In this document: positions 25,905 through 34,608 of the stretch, one piece after another
Position numbering within the stretch: the stretch's first letter is position 1
Layout: each line of letters opens with the position of its first letter
NCBI GenBank assembly: GCA_004356955.1
Contig: SMXS01000143.1
Span: forward strand, 1 to 42,700
DNA: 42,700 nt
Direction of reading: 5' to 3'
From: Alphaproteobacteria bacterium
GTDB taxonomy: Bacteria; Pseudomonadota; Alphaproteobacteria; SMXS01
Position numbers and translations under genes: made by a program
The notes under the pieces: model-generated
Database searches by the model: none
The model's input: the letters and a program-made list of their open reading frames with translations, nothing else
Told to the model about the DNA's origin: nothing

Positions 25905-27308
25905 TTGTCTCCCATCAAGGCAGAGGCCGGGTCGTTTCGCGACCCCAGCGGCCGGATATATATCAAAGATGACCAGGTTTTCCGAACCATCATGCCGGTA
26001 GCTGCAGATGATTATGAAGCTGTCCGCGCGACCGGATTGATCGAGGAATTAGGCGATAGAGGCTGGTTAATCGGCGCCACCGAAGTCGCAATAGATGCTC
26101 TGGAATCTGTTGCTACCGACGCTAGCTATGTTGTCGAACACCCCAAAATACCCTTCATCTCGTACCCGTATGAATGGCCTTTCCCTGCCCTGAAGGCGGC
26201 TGCATTACACCATCTTGATGTCCACCTGGCCGCTATGGAAAAAGGCGTCACCCTGTCTGACGCGTCCGCCTACAACATTCAGTTTATTGGCACCCAGCCT
26301 ATCTTCATCGACTTATTGTCCTTGCGTCCCTATCAGGACGGCGAAATTTGGGGTGGGCATCGGCAGTTTTGCGAACAATTCCTGAACCCATTATTGCTGC
26401 GCGCTAAACTGGGCCTGGTACATAATCATTGGTATCGGGGCACCCAAGAAGGCATTCCCGCAGCGGATTTGCGACGCATGTTGCCCCTTCGCAAAAAACT
26501 GTCCCGCAATGTCCTGCTTCATGTGGTGGCACAGTCAGCACTGCAAAACTCTTCAGCTACCCAGGCAAAAAATAGCGAGCAGACCATAAAGACAGGCCGC
26601 CTGCCCAAGGCATCCATGGTGCGCATGTTAGAGGGTCTCCGCCGTTGGATTTCGACGATGGAGCCAGCGGATACGGGCAAGACAATCTGGCAGGATTACG
26701 CCAACGCGCATTCCTATTCCGACGAGGAAGTCCGCACAAAGCAAAATCTGATCGCAGAATTTGTCCGCACAACATCCCCCCAAACCGTCTGGGACCTGGG
26801 GTGCAATTCCGGTGACTATTCCCAGGTCGCCATTGACGCCGGGGCCAAGCGGTCTATCGGTTTTGATGTTGACCAGGGCGCGCTCGAGGCTGCTTTTGCA
26901 CGCGGTCAGGCGGATGGTCTGGATATATTGCCCTTGTTCTTTGACGCCGCAAACCCAACCCCCAATCAGGGTTGGAATCAGGCGGAGCGGCAAGGCATGT
27001 CAGAACGCGCAAACGCTGATGGCATAATGGCATTGGCTTTCATCCACCATCTGGCAATTGCGCGAAATATCCCGCTTGATGATCTGGTGGGCTGGTTGAT
27101 GGGGCTGGCCCCAACGGGCGTGATAGAATTTGTTCCCAAAGAAGACCCAATGGTCAAACAATTGTTGCGCCTGCGCGAAGACATATTCCCGGACTACACT
27201 CTCGACGCGTTCCGACATCACATCACTAAACGCGGTCGTATTGTTCAGGACACGCAGGTTTCAGCCGCCGGACGCCGACTGATACAGTTCGAGCGCAAGC
27301 CAACCTAG
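25905..27308 (+). CDS. Class I SAM-dependent methyltransferase with a large N-terminal domain (NoeA-like architecture), 467 aa, apparent TTG start
   Basis: N-terminal GSFRDPSGRIYIKDDQVFR and YPYEWPF. C-terminal methyltransferase motif I VWDLGCNSGDYS, then GFDVD and ALAFIHHL. There is no in-frame ATG upstream of the conserved FRDPSG. Confidence 0.75.
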   Translation: MSPIKAEAGSFRDPSGRIYIKDDQVFRTIMPVAADDYEAVRATGLIEELGDRGWLIGATEVAIDALESVATDASYVVEHPKIPFISYPYEWPFPALKAAALHHLDVHLAAMEKGVTLSDASAYNIQFIGTQPIFIDLLSLRPYQDGEIWGGHRQFCEQFLNPLLLRAKLGLVHNHWYRGTQEGIPAADLRRMLPLRKKLSRNVLLHVVAQSALQNSSATQAKNSEQTIKTGRLPKASMVRMLEGLRRWISTMEPADTGKTIWQDYANAHSYSDEEVRTKQNLIAEFVRTTSPQTVWDLGCNSGDYSQVAIDAGAKRSIGFDVDQGALEAAFARGQADGLDILPLFFDAANPTPNQGWNQAERQGMSERANADGIMALAFIHHLAIARNIPLDDLVGWLMGLAPTGVIEFVPKEDPMVKQLLRLREDIFPDYTLDAFRHHITKRGRIVQDTQVSAAGRRLIQFERKPT

Positions 27309-27328
27309 GACGCCACCCGGCCAAACCA

Positions 27329-28132
27329 CTAGTCGTCGCCCAGTCGATCAAAATTCGGCGGACGTCGTTCGACATAGCTTTTAACCCCTTCGACCGCATC
27401 CGCGCGCAGCAGGCTGGCCTCTTGCAGGGCATGGGCCTGTCGCAGGGCCGGGCCAAATTCGATACCCAGATTGTCGTACACAAGCCGCTTTGTGTCCTTC
27501 AACGACGCAGGTGACACGTTGGCCGAGAGTTCCCTGACATAGTCTTGTGCGGCGGCCAACAGGGCATCGTCTTGCGTCAAATATTCTACCAGGCCCATTT
27601 CGTAGGCCTGTTGCGCATCGATTTTTCTGGAAGACCATAAAAGATCGAGCGCCCGGCCCGCGCCCATCAGCCGGGGCAATATCCAGGCGCTGCCATGTTC
27701 AGATATCAATCCCCTTTTGGAAAATATTGTGGTGAAGGCCGCGCTTGTGCCAGCAAATCGAATATCGCTGAGGGCGGCCAACACAAAGCCACCGCCTGCG
27801 GCCACGCCGTTAACAGCAGCAATGATCGGTTTTTCTATCCCCAATAGGTAAGTAAACAAGCCCGGCAGATCATCATTTTCCACCCCTTGTTCCCGGTCTG
27901 GCTGGCCGGGGGCAGACGCCTGAGCCAGTACTTCGGCATCCAACCCTGCACAAAAGCCGCGGCCCGCACCGGTGATGACGATACCAACCACGGACTTATC
28001 GGCTGCCGACCGCTCAATGGCGTCCCGCAGCTCGGCCAGCATGGCGTAGGTGAAGGCGTTGAGTTGATCGGGCCGATTCAGCGTGATGGTCGCGACCGGA
28101 TCATCAACGGTATAGAGAATGTGGTCATACAT
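27329..28132 (-). CDS. Enoyl-CoA hydratase/isomerase (crotonase) family protein, 267 aa
   Basis: ITLNRPDQLNAF, GAGRGFCAGLD and AAVNGVAAGGG motifs. AGAGG lies 7 nt upstream of ATG 28132. Confidence 0.9.
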   Translation of the reverse strand: MYDHILYTVDDPVATITLNRPDQLNAFTYAMLAELRDAIERSAADKSVVGIVITGAGRGFCAGLDAEVLAQASAPGQPDREQGVENDDLPGLFTYLLGIEKPIIAAVNGVAAGGGFVLAALSDIRFAGTSAAFTTIFSKRGLISEHGSAWILPRLMGAGRALDLLWSSRKIDAQQAYEMGLVEYLTQDDALLAAAQDYVRELSANVSPASLKDTKRLVYDNLGIEFGPALRQAHALQEASLLRADAVEGVKSYVERRPPNFDRLGDD

Positions 28133-28312
28133 GGCAGTGCCTCTATGGTGCACCGCCCTGCGTTACAACTTTCGGAACGGAGGTTCCGAGGCGGCATTGG
28201 ATGGCAATTATCTTCATCCAATTTGGCGGCCAGTTCCATGATTATTACCAGCCCCGACATTCACGTGTTGGGTTCAAAATCGCCAATAGGGTTATTTGAG
28301 GGAAGAACCAGA

Positions 28313-28387
28313 TGGTGGGCGTGGCAAGGATTGAACTTGCGACCCCCTCGATGTCAACGAGGTGCTCTCCCACTGAGCTACACGCCC
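28313..28387 (-). tRNA. tRNA-Val (anticodon GAC), 75 nt including the encoded CCA
   Basis: Hand-folded cloverleaf: acceptor GGGCGTG/CACGCCC, D arm GCTC-AGTGGGA-GAGC, anticodon arm CCTCG-TTGACAT-CGAGG, T arm GCAAG-TTCAATC-CTTGC, then ACCA. Confidence 0.93.
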
Positions 28388-28407
28388 CATCTAGGTTTCG
28401 GGGGCGG

Positions 28408-28435
28408 ACTATAGCCAAATCGCGCCGCAGTGCAA
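28408..28435 (-). promoter_or_regulatory. Sigma70-type promoter for tRNA-Val: TTGCAC, 16-nt spacer, TATAGT, with a GC-rich discriminator
   Basis: Minus strand reads cTTGCACtgcggcgcgatttggcTATAGTccgccccc, about 20 nt upstream of the mature tRNA 5' end. Confidence 0.55.
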
Positions 28436-28570
28436 GAGCGGGTTCGCCGTTTCAGATCAAAAAACACTGCCTGAGGCCAACAGCCTGTAAATCATGATTT
28501 GCGGGGGCCAACATGCTTCGTTGTTTTCGTGGCAAATTCCGCCATAATGCGGACACTTGTTGGAGACAAA

Positions 28571-29515
28571 GTGACCACAATGACGGCACCAGAAACTGCA
28601 GTACAAATAGCTGAGGACGCCTTGGCCCCAACGGTCGCAGCCGACGGTCATGCGCCTTTCATTGTAACCTATCCAACCCAGCAAAAAGCACCCTTCGTGT
28701 TTTCATCCCCGCACAGCGGACGGCACTACCCGGCCGACTTTATCGCCGCGTCTGCTCTGGACCGCGCGACCCTGCGCGCCTCTGAAGATATCTTTGTCGA
28801 CCAATTATTTTCGATGGTACCGGCGATGGGCGCCCCGATGATTGCCGCTGAATATGCCCGCGCCTATCTGGACGTAAACCGTGAACCGTGGGAGCTGGAC
28901 CCAAAGATGTTTTCAGACCCCCTGCCAGACTATGTCAATGTCCGGTCGGGTCGGGTTACGGCGGGACTGGGCACCATCGCCCGTGTCGTTGCCCTTGGCA
29001 CCAATATTTACAAAGACAAGATGCCCTTCGCAGATGCCAAGTGGCGGGTCGAGAATGTCTACCAGCCCTTTCACCAGACGATGGAATCCCTGGTCAATAA
29101 AACCATCGACAGTTTTGGCCATTCGGTGTTGATCGACTGTCACTCAATGCCGTCGTCGGGCAGCTCATTTGGCGACATGCCGCTGCGCACCAAAGGCGCA
29201 ACCGCAGACTTTATTCTGGGCGACCGACACGGCAAAAGCTGTGCGCCCACGTTAATGGCGGTGGCCGAGGATGTGCTGAAGTCTTTCAATTATCGCGTCG
29301 TGCGGAACGACCCCTATTCTGGTGGCTTTAACACAAGACAATATGGTCAGCGCGACAAGGGCCAGCAAGCCATGCAGATCGAGATCAACCGGTCGCTTTA
29401 TGTCGATGAAAAAACCCTGACCAAGACCGACCATTTTGACGTGCTGCAACAGCACCTGTCGGCAATGGTCACGGCGCTTTTGGATATATCGCCGGATGCC
29501 CTATCTGCCGACTAA
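28571..29515 (+). CDS. N-formylglutamate amidohydrolase family protein (second paralogue), about 314 aa
   Basis: FVFSSPHSGRHYP, AYLDVNREP and LIDCHSMPS motifs. The start is uncertain: GTG 28571 (GGAGA 4 nt upstream) or ATG 28580. Confidence 0.82.
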   Translation: MTTMTAPETAVQIAEDALAPTVAADGHAPFIVTYPTQQKAPFVFSSPHSGRHYPADFIAASALDRATLRASEDIFVDQLFSMVPAMGAPMIAAEYARAYLDVNREPWELDPKMFSDPLPDYVNVRSGRVTAGLGTIARVVALGTNIYKDKMPFADAKWRVENVYQPFHQTMESLVNKTIDSFGHSVLIDCHSMPSSGSSFGDMPLRTKGATADFILGDRHGKSCAPTLMAVAEDVLKSFNYRVVRNDPYSGGFNTRQYGQRDKGQQAMQIEINRSLYVDEKTLTKTDHFDVLQQHLSAMVTALLDISPDALSAD

Positions 29516-29525
29516 AGGGTACTTC

Positions 29526-29630
29526 ACAAAAAAAGAAGCCACTCCAGTTGAACTGAAGTGGCCCAAGTTTAGGGAGGAAACGCCCACGAAGGGCATTACC
29601 TGCGAGCTATTCGCTCTAACAGGTAACGGT
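29526..29630 (-). ncRNA. Candidate trans-acting small RNA of about 100 nt (copy 1 of a two-member family) with an exposed CCUCCC anti-Shine-Dalgarno stretch and a strong intrinsic terminator
   Basis: Minus strand reads CCGTTACCTG-ttaGAGCgaataGCTCg-CAGGTAA, then GCCCttcgtGGGC, then gTTTCCTCCCTAAACTTG, then GGCCACTTCAGTtcaACTGGAGTGGC, then TTCTTTTTTTG. The terminator mismatch (29544/29556) is a G-U wobble only on the minus strand. Confidence 0.5.
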
Positions 29631-29634
29631 GCTG

Positions 29635-29662
29635 ATATTAGACATTTCGCGGAAATTTTCAA
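29635..29662 (-). promoter_or_regulatory. Near-consensus sigma70 promoter, TTGAAA, 16-nt spacer, TAATAT, driving the candidate sRNA
   Basis: Minus strand reads ccTTGAAAatttccgcgaaatgtcTAATATcagcaCCGTTA. It lies inside the 3' region of the upstream oxidoreductase gene. Confidence 0.5.
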
Positions 29663-29688
29663 GGATTGAATCTTTTTACCTTGGAATA

Positions 29689-30663
29689 TCAATTGGTTAC
29701 CACAACCTTGCCTGTTGAAGATCTGTTGGTCACCGACTCGATTGCGGCGACCGCATCGCGCAGCGGATAGGTCTTTGAAACAAATGGCTGAATCTTCCCT
29801 TCCGACAGCCATTTCATCAGAGTTTTATAGGCCTCACGCGTGACATCCGGGTGCTTTTCTTCGTAGGGTCCGCGGTTGAATCCGATGATGTCAACATTCT
29901 TCACCATAACGTGATTAGAGGGAATCTGCTGAATCGTGCCCCCTGCGAAACCAATAACCAGAATTCGCCCCTCGAAATTTACGCAACGCAAGGACGCCTC
30001 AAACACATCGCCGCCAATGGGGTCATAGATCACATCGGCACCCCGGCCATCAGTGTACTCTTTGACTTTTTCGCGGATATCCTCGGTCAGGTAGTCGATC
30101 AGGTGCTCGGCTCCGGCGGCTTGCGCGATCTTGAGTTTGTCGGGCCCCCCGGCAGTGGCGATGATTGTCGCACCTAATTGTTTGCCGATCTCGACCGCCG
30201 TCAGACCGACGCCGCCGGCGGCCCCATGCACCAACAAAACCTCGCCTGCCTGCAGCCTGGCACGATGCACGATGGCCAGGTAAGACGTGCCATACGTCAC
30301 CGCAAAGCTGGCGGCCGCCACATAGTCCATGGTCTCGGGTAACAGGGACAACTGGCGCTCGTCTGCCACCAGTTCTTCGGCATAACCGCCACTGCCTGCC
30401 ATGCCCATCACCTTATCCCCAAGGCTGAAATTAGTGACACCCTCACCCAGGGCAATGACGTCACCGGCCACTTCAAACCCCGGTGTAAAAGGCAGACTGG
30501 GCTGCGATTGGTACTTACCCGCCGTGACCAGACTATCGGCAAAATTGACGCCGCAGGCACGCATAGCAATCTTGACCTGGCCGGGCCCAGGTTCAGGCAC
30601 CGCAACATCTTCCATCTTCAGAACCGACAGATCGCCAAATTCTCGACACATCAATGCCTTCAC
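29689..30663 (-). CDS. NADPH:quinone oxidoreductase / zinc-type alcohol dehydrogenase-like MDR family protein, 324 aa, GTG start
   Basis: VKIAMRACGVNFAD, PFTPGFEVAGDV and VHGAAGGVGLTAVEIGK motifs. GGAGA lies 6 nt upstream of GTG 30663. Confidence 0.9.
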   Translation of the reverse strand: MKALMCREFGDLSVLKMEDVAVPEPGPGQVKIAMRACGVNFADSLVTAGKYQSQPSLPFTPGFEVAGDVIALGEGVTNFSLGDKVMGMAGSGGYAEELVADERQLSLLPETMDYVAAASFAVTYGTSYLAIVHRARLQAGEVLLVHGAAGGVGLTAVEIGKQLGATIIATAGGPDKLKIAQAAGAEHLIDYLTEDIREKVKEYTDGRGADVIYDPIGGDVFEASLRCVNFEGRILVIGFAGGTIQQIPSNHVMVKNVDIIGFNRGPYEEKHPDVTREAYKTLMKWLSEGKIQPFVSKTYPLRDAVAAIESVTNRSSTGKVVVTN

Positions 30664-30859
30664 GCAGGCTCTCCTTCACAACACTTCGCCGCACATCGCC
30701 ACACTATGGCGCATAAGGGGCAAAGACGACAATGGCCAACCAGTAAGACAATGGCCATGCAACAAAATAACAGCGATTGCTGGCGGCCATATTCCTTTGT
30801 GCAGCAATTCCCGCTACAACGTCATCTCAACGGGTGCGGAAACAGGGATTAAAAAACAC

Positions 30860-31645
30860 ATGGCCAATCGACCTGACAATGCAGAATTGATTGCCTTTGC
30901 GCACAAATTAGCCGACGCCGCCGGCGAGGTGATCCGACCCTATTTTAGGGCTCTGAAGGTGGTCGAGAACAAATTGGAAGATGGCTTTGATCCGGTGACC
31001 AAAGCCGACAAAGACGCCGAAGCCGCCATGCGTGCGCTGATAGAGGCCACCTATCCGGACCACGGCATTCTGGGCGAAGAATACGGCAACAAACCTGCAG
31101 GCACTGGTGGGTTAACCTGGGTGCTGGATCCAATCGACGGCACGCGATCTTTCATTGGCGGCTTTCCGACATGGGGCACACTGATAGCGCTTAATGCTGG
31201 TGCCGCGCCGTTTATTGGCATCATGGACCAATCTTTTACCGGCGAGCGCTTCCTCGGCACCCCCGACGGGGCGTTCCTGGGCGACCAGAAATTGTCTGTC
31301 CGCAGCTGCGCGTCCCTTGAAGAGGCCGTGTTGTATTCCACCACCCCAGACATGTTCCACCAGCCGGGTGAGATGGCAGCTTTTCAGCGGGTAGAGAAAG
31401 TTGTGAAGTTGCGGCGATTTGGCGGCGATTGTTATGCCTATTCGATGATGGCGCTGGGCTTCGTTGATGTGATTATCGAATCGTCGATGCAGCCTTATGA
31501 CATCCAGGCGCTGATCCCCATTGTTGAAGGCGCTGGTGGGTTTGTCTGTAACTGGCAAGGACAGCCCGCCCATGACGGTGGGCAAATTCTGGCCGCTGGT
31601 GACAAGCGAGTGCTGGACCAGGCGCTTGGTCTTTTGCAAGGCTAG
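30860..31645 (+). CDS. hisN: Histidinol-phosphatase, inositol-monophosphatase family, 261 aa
   Basis: DPVTKADKDAEAAMR, ILGEEYG, WVLDPIDGTRSFI and RFGGDCYAY motifs are typical of alphaproteobacterial HisN. The 414-aa ORF-track form is an over-extension. Confidence 0.82.
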   Translation: MANRPDNAELIAFAHKLADAAGEVIRPYFRALKVVENKLEDGFDPVTKADKDAEAAMRALIEATYPDHGILGEEYGNKPAGTGGLTWVLDPIDGTRSFIGGFPTWGTLIALNAGAAPFIGIMDQSFTGERFLGTPDGAFLGDQKLSVRSCASLEEAVLYSTTPDMFHQPGEMAAFQRVEKVVKLRRFGGDCYAYSMMALGFVDVIIESSMQPYDIQALIPIVEGAGGFVCNWQGQPAHDGGQILAAGDKRVLDQALGLLQG

Positions 31646-31659
31646 GGCCTTTTACGGGG

Positions 31660-32577
31660 CTAGCCCCGGGCTTCAAAAAACCGATCAAACAGTGCCCATA
31701 TCTGGTCCCGATAGACATCTTGTTCGCGCAATATCTCGTGTGCCGAGCCTTCAATGCGAAAAAAGTGGGCAGTATTCATCCGATCATAGACCCAATTTTG
31801 CACCGCATTGCTGACAACGACGTCACTGCCCGCCTGAACGATATAGACGGGCACCACAATGGCCTTCAAATAGCGTTCATCCCGAGTGAGGCGAATGGAT
31901 CGAAAAGCCGCGCGCAACCAACCCCAAGTGGCACCACCCGTTCGCAATTCCGGATTGGCGTCCAATTGTCGGTGTTCTTCCTCGAATCGATCCGGGTCTT
32001 TCGACAGCCTATTGCCTTCGAATTGTCGATGGCCGGGGCCATAGTCTGACCGATCAAAGGAATAGTCTTTGGATTTGCCAATTATGCTCGCCGCCCAAGA
32101 CAACACGGTCGTTGCGGCAGCCGTGCCGGGCCAGGTGCTGATACCGAACATAGGGGCGCATAAAATGGCCCCTTCAACGCCGAAGCGGTCGTCGTGCAAA
32201 TAGCGTAAGGCCAGGTGCCCCCCCATAGAATGGGCAAACAGATAAACAGCCCCATCAATTTTTGGCCGGACAATCTCGGTCATCAATTGAATGAGATCTT
32301 TCACATGAAGATCAAAATCTTCGATATGGACCTTTTGGCGGTTCGGTAGCGGCCGTGTCGACAGCCCCTGCCCGCGCCAATCCATGGTGAAAACCGCGTG
32401 ACCACGCTTTTGCAGGTCCTCCACGGTCTCGAAATGCTTTTCGATACATTCCCGCAAGCCATTGAGGAAAACAATGGTCGGTTTGTCACTGTCCCCAGGC
32501 CAATAGGCATAGCGGATATCGACGCCGTCGGGCGTGTGCATATAGTCAAAGATGGCACCGGGTGGGACGGGACGCAT
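31660..32577 (-). CDS. Alpha/beta hydrolase (lysophospholipase-like), 305 aa
   Basis: Nucleophile elbow AHSMGGH and the motifs VFLNG and DWRGQGLS. ATG 32577 lies 2 nt after the ABC-F stop codon. Confidence 0.85.
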   Translation of the reverse strand: MRPVPPGAIFDYMHTPDGVDIRYAYWPGDSDKPTIVFLNGLRECIEKHFETVEDLQKRGHAVFTMDWRGQGLSTRPLPNRQKVHIEDFDLHVKDLIQLMTEIVRPKIDGAVYLFAHSMGGHLALRYLHDDRFGVEGAILCAPMFGISTWPGTAAATTVLSWAASIIGKSKDYSFDRSDYGPGHRQFEGNRLSKDPDRFEEEHRQLDANPELRTGGATWGWLRAAFRSIRLTRDERYLKAIVVPVYIVQAGSDVVVSNAVQNWVYDRMNTAHFFRIEGSAHEILREQDVYRDQIWALFDRFFEARG

Positions 32578-32579
32578 GA

Positions 32580-34418
32580 CTACGACTTTGCCTCTTCCAG
32601 TTGCTCGCGTTGGTCTTCCAACATCAGCCACTGGTCCTGCTTGGTGTCGATATCTTGCTTTGCCGCTTCCAATTGTTCAGCCAGGGTCGTGATCTTGTCG
32701 ACGGCGTTGCCGTGAAACCCTGAATCGCCAATTTTGGCCTCCAGGTCCTGAACCAGGGACTCCAGATCGTCGATTTCATCCGGCAGGATTTGCAACAATC
32801 GCTGATCTTTATAGGTCATTTTGGTCGGCTTGCGGTTGGCTTTGGCTTTTGAAGCCCTTTCAGTTTTTGCCGCTTTGACAGCAATTGCCTCGACGTCATT
32901 GGAGGCAAAGCGATCGCCGCGCTGGAGGATCATGTCTGAATAGCCGCCGGCATATTCCCGGACTTTGCCATCGGGGTCAAAGCTGATGACGCTGGTGACC
33001 AGGCGATCCAGAAAATCCCGATCATGGCTGATCAGGATCAGCGTGCCGTCATAATTGGTCAGCAGATCTTCAAGCATATCCAGCGTATCCATATCCAGAT
33101 CGTTGGTCGGTTCATCAAGGATCAGCAGATTAGACCTCTTGGTCAGTGCTTTGGCCAGCAACAAGCGGTTTCGCTCTCCCCCTGACAAAGTGCCCACAGG
33201 TTGGCGCGCCTGTTTTTCGTCGAACAGAAAATCCTTCAGATAGGCCACCACATGGCGCACGCGCCCCTGGACCAGCACCGAATCGCCACCGCCGCCATTT
33301 TCCTTATCGACCAGGGTTTCCCACAAGGTGAATTTAGGGTTCAGGGTTTCGCGGTTTTGGTCGAAATAAACCATCTCGACACTGTTCCCGATTTTCACGC
33401 GGCCGGTATCAGGGGCCAATTCGCCGGTCAACAAGCGCACCAAAGTGGTTTTGCCCGCCCCGTTAGGGCCAACCAGTCCAATGCGGTCACCGCGCATGAT
33501 ACGGGTCGAGAATTCCTCGACGATGACGTTGTCGCCGAACGCTTTTGATATCGCCCGCGTTTCGATGACTTTGCGACTGGCCGGCGGGCCTTCGTCCCAA
33601 TCTATTTTAGGGGCCGACAGAGTATTGATCTGCTTGGCGCGTTGTTCCCGCATTTTGTACAGGTTACGCAAACGACCCTGATTGCGCTTGCGTCGCGCCG
33701 TCACACCAGTCTGCAGCCAGGAATTTTCCTCGGCGATACGTTTTTCCAGTTTTGAGCGTGCCACCAATTCTGCTTCACGCACTTTTTCTGACCATTCGTC
33801 AAAATGTTCATAGCCGCGGTTGCTCAGGCGCATCTGCCCGTGCTCCAGCCACAAGGTCTTGTTGCTCATCTGCCGCAGGAAGGCCCGGTCATGGCTGATC
33901 ATCAACATCGCGGCCTGGTTTTGGCGCAAAAAACCTTCCAGCCATTCAACGGTGGCAATATCCAGATGATTTGTCGGTTCGTCCAACAACACGATATCAG
34001 GGTCACCAACAAAGGTCTGGCCCAACGCCGCCCGACGAAGGCCCCCGCCTGACAGCGTCGTGGTAATGGCGTCGCCATCAAGACCCAGAATCCCAAGCAG
34101 ATCCCGCACCCGATATTGCCGCAGGTCGCGTTCGTCATCATCCAGGCCATCTTCGATAAAGGCAGCCACTGTCTGGCCAGGCGGCACCACGGGTTCCTGC
34201 CGCAAATAGGCAATTCGCGTGCCGGGTTGGATAAACCGATGGCCTTCGTCGAGGTCCTGAGTGCCAGCGAGCGCTTTTAACAGGGTGGTCTTACCTGTGC
34301 CGTTTCTGCCGACAAGGCAAATGCGGTCACCGGGCTGGATACCGATATCCACCCCGGAAAAAAGTGGCTTTTCACCGAACCTTACGGATGCGTTTCTGAG
34401 TGCGAGTATTGGTGGCAT
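32580..34418 (-). CDS. ABC-F family ATPase (Uup-like; two ABC domains and a C-terminal coiled coil), 612 aa
   Basis: Two Walker A motifs (GRNGTGKTT, GPNGAGKTT), two signature motifs (LSGGGLRR, LSGGERNR), no transmembrane domain, and a coiled-coil tail. Confidence 0.92.
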   Translation of the reverse strand: MPPILALRNASVRFGEKPLFSGVDIGIQPGDRICLVGRNGTGKTTLLKALAGTQDLDEGHRFIQPGTRIAYLRQEPVVPPGQTVAAFIEDGLDDDERDLRQYRVRDLLGILGLDGDAITTTLSGGGLRRAALGQTFVGDPDIVLLDEPTNHLDIATVEWLEGFLRQNQAAMLMISHDRAFLRQMSNKTLWLEHGQMRLSNRGYEHFDEWSEKVREAELVARSKLEKRIAEENSWLQTGVTARRKRNQGRLRNLYKMREQRAKQINTLSAPKIDWDEGPPASRKVIETRAISKAFGDNVIVEEFSTRIMRGDRIGLVGPNGAGKTTLVRLLTGELAPDTGRVKIGNSVEMVYFDQNRETLNPKFTLWETLVDKENGGGGDSVLVQGRVRHVVAYLKDFLFDEKQARQPVGTLSGGERNRLLLAKALTKRSNLLILDEPTNDLDMDTLDMLEDLLTNYDGTLILISHDRDFLDRLVTSVISFDPDGKVREYAGGYSDMILQRGDRFASNDVEAIAVKAAKTERASKAKANRKPTKMTYKDQRLLQILPDEIDDLESLVQDLEAKIGDSGFHGNAVDKITTLAEQLEAAKQDIDTKQDQWLMLEDQREQLEEAKS

Positions 34419-34452
34419 TCAGCTTCTATAAAGATGAATGACCCTTCTGTCA

Positions 34453-34536
34453 TCAAACAGGAAATCTGGCCATCAGATATACGGGTACACCAGAAAACAG
34501 AACTGCCATCAACATCGCATATGAACGAGTAATCAT
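34453..34536 (-). CDS. Candidate small hydrophobic ORF, 27 aa (MITRSYAMLMAVLFSGVPVYLMARFPV), ending 34 nt upstream of the ABC-F gene
   Basis: AAGGAGAGG lies 3-5 nt upstream of the ATG. It is below the ORF-track cutoff and no family was recognised. Confidence 0.35.
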   Translation of the reverse strand: MITRSYAMLMAVLFSGVPVYLMARFPV

Positions 34537-34608
34537 GACCCTCTCCTTTCAACTGAGAACCAACATATGTTGACCCTCCACATATGGGGAGAGGTTGTGT
34601 AATTCAAA

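Noticed and set aside
28133-28571. An integrated element or genomic island at tRNA-Val
   Set aside because: There is no integrase, no direct repeat of the tRNA 3' end, and both flanks carry ordinary metabolic genes (a crotonase and an amidohydrolase).
29611-29640. A 9-codon ORF (MSNISTVTC) on the minus strand inside the sRNA candidate locus
   Set aside because: It has no ribosome-binding site, it overlaps the predicted -10 element and transcription start, and it is too short and unremarkable to support.
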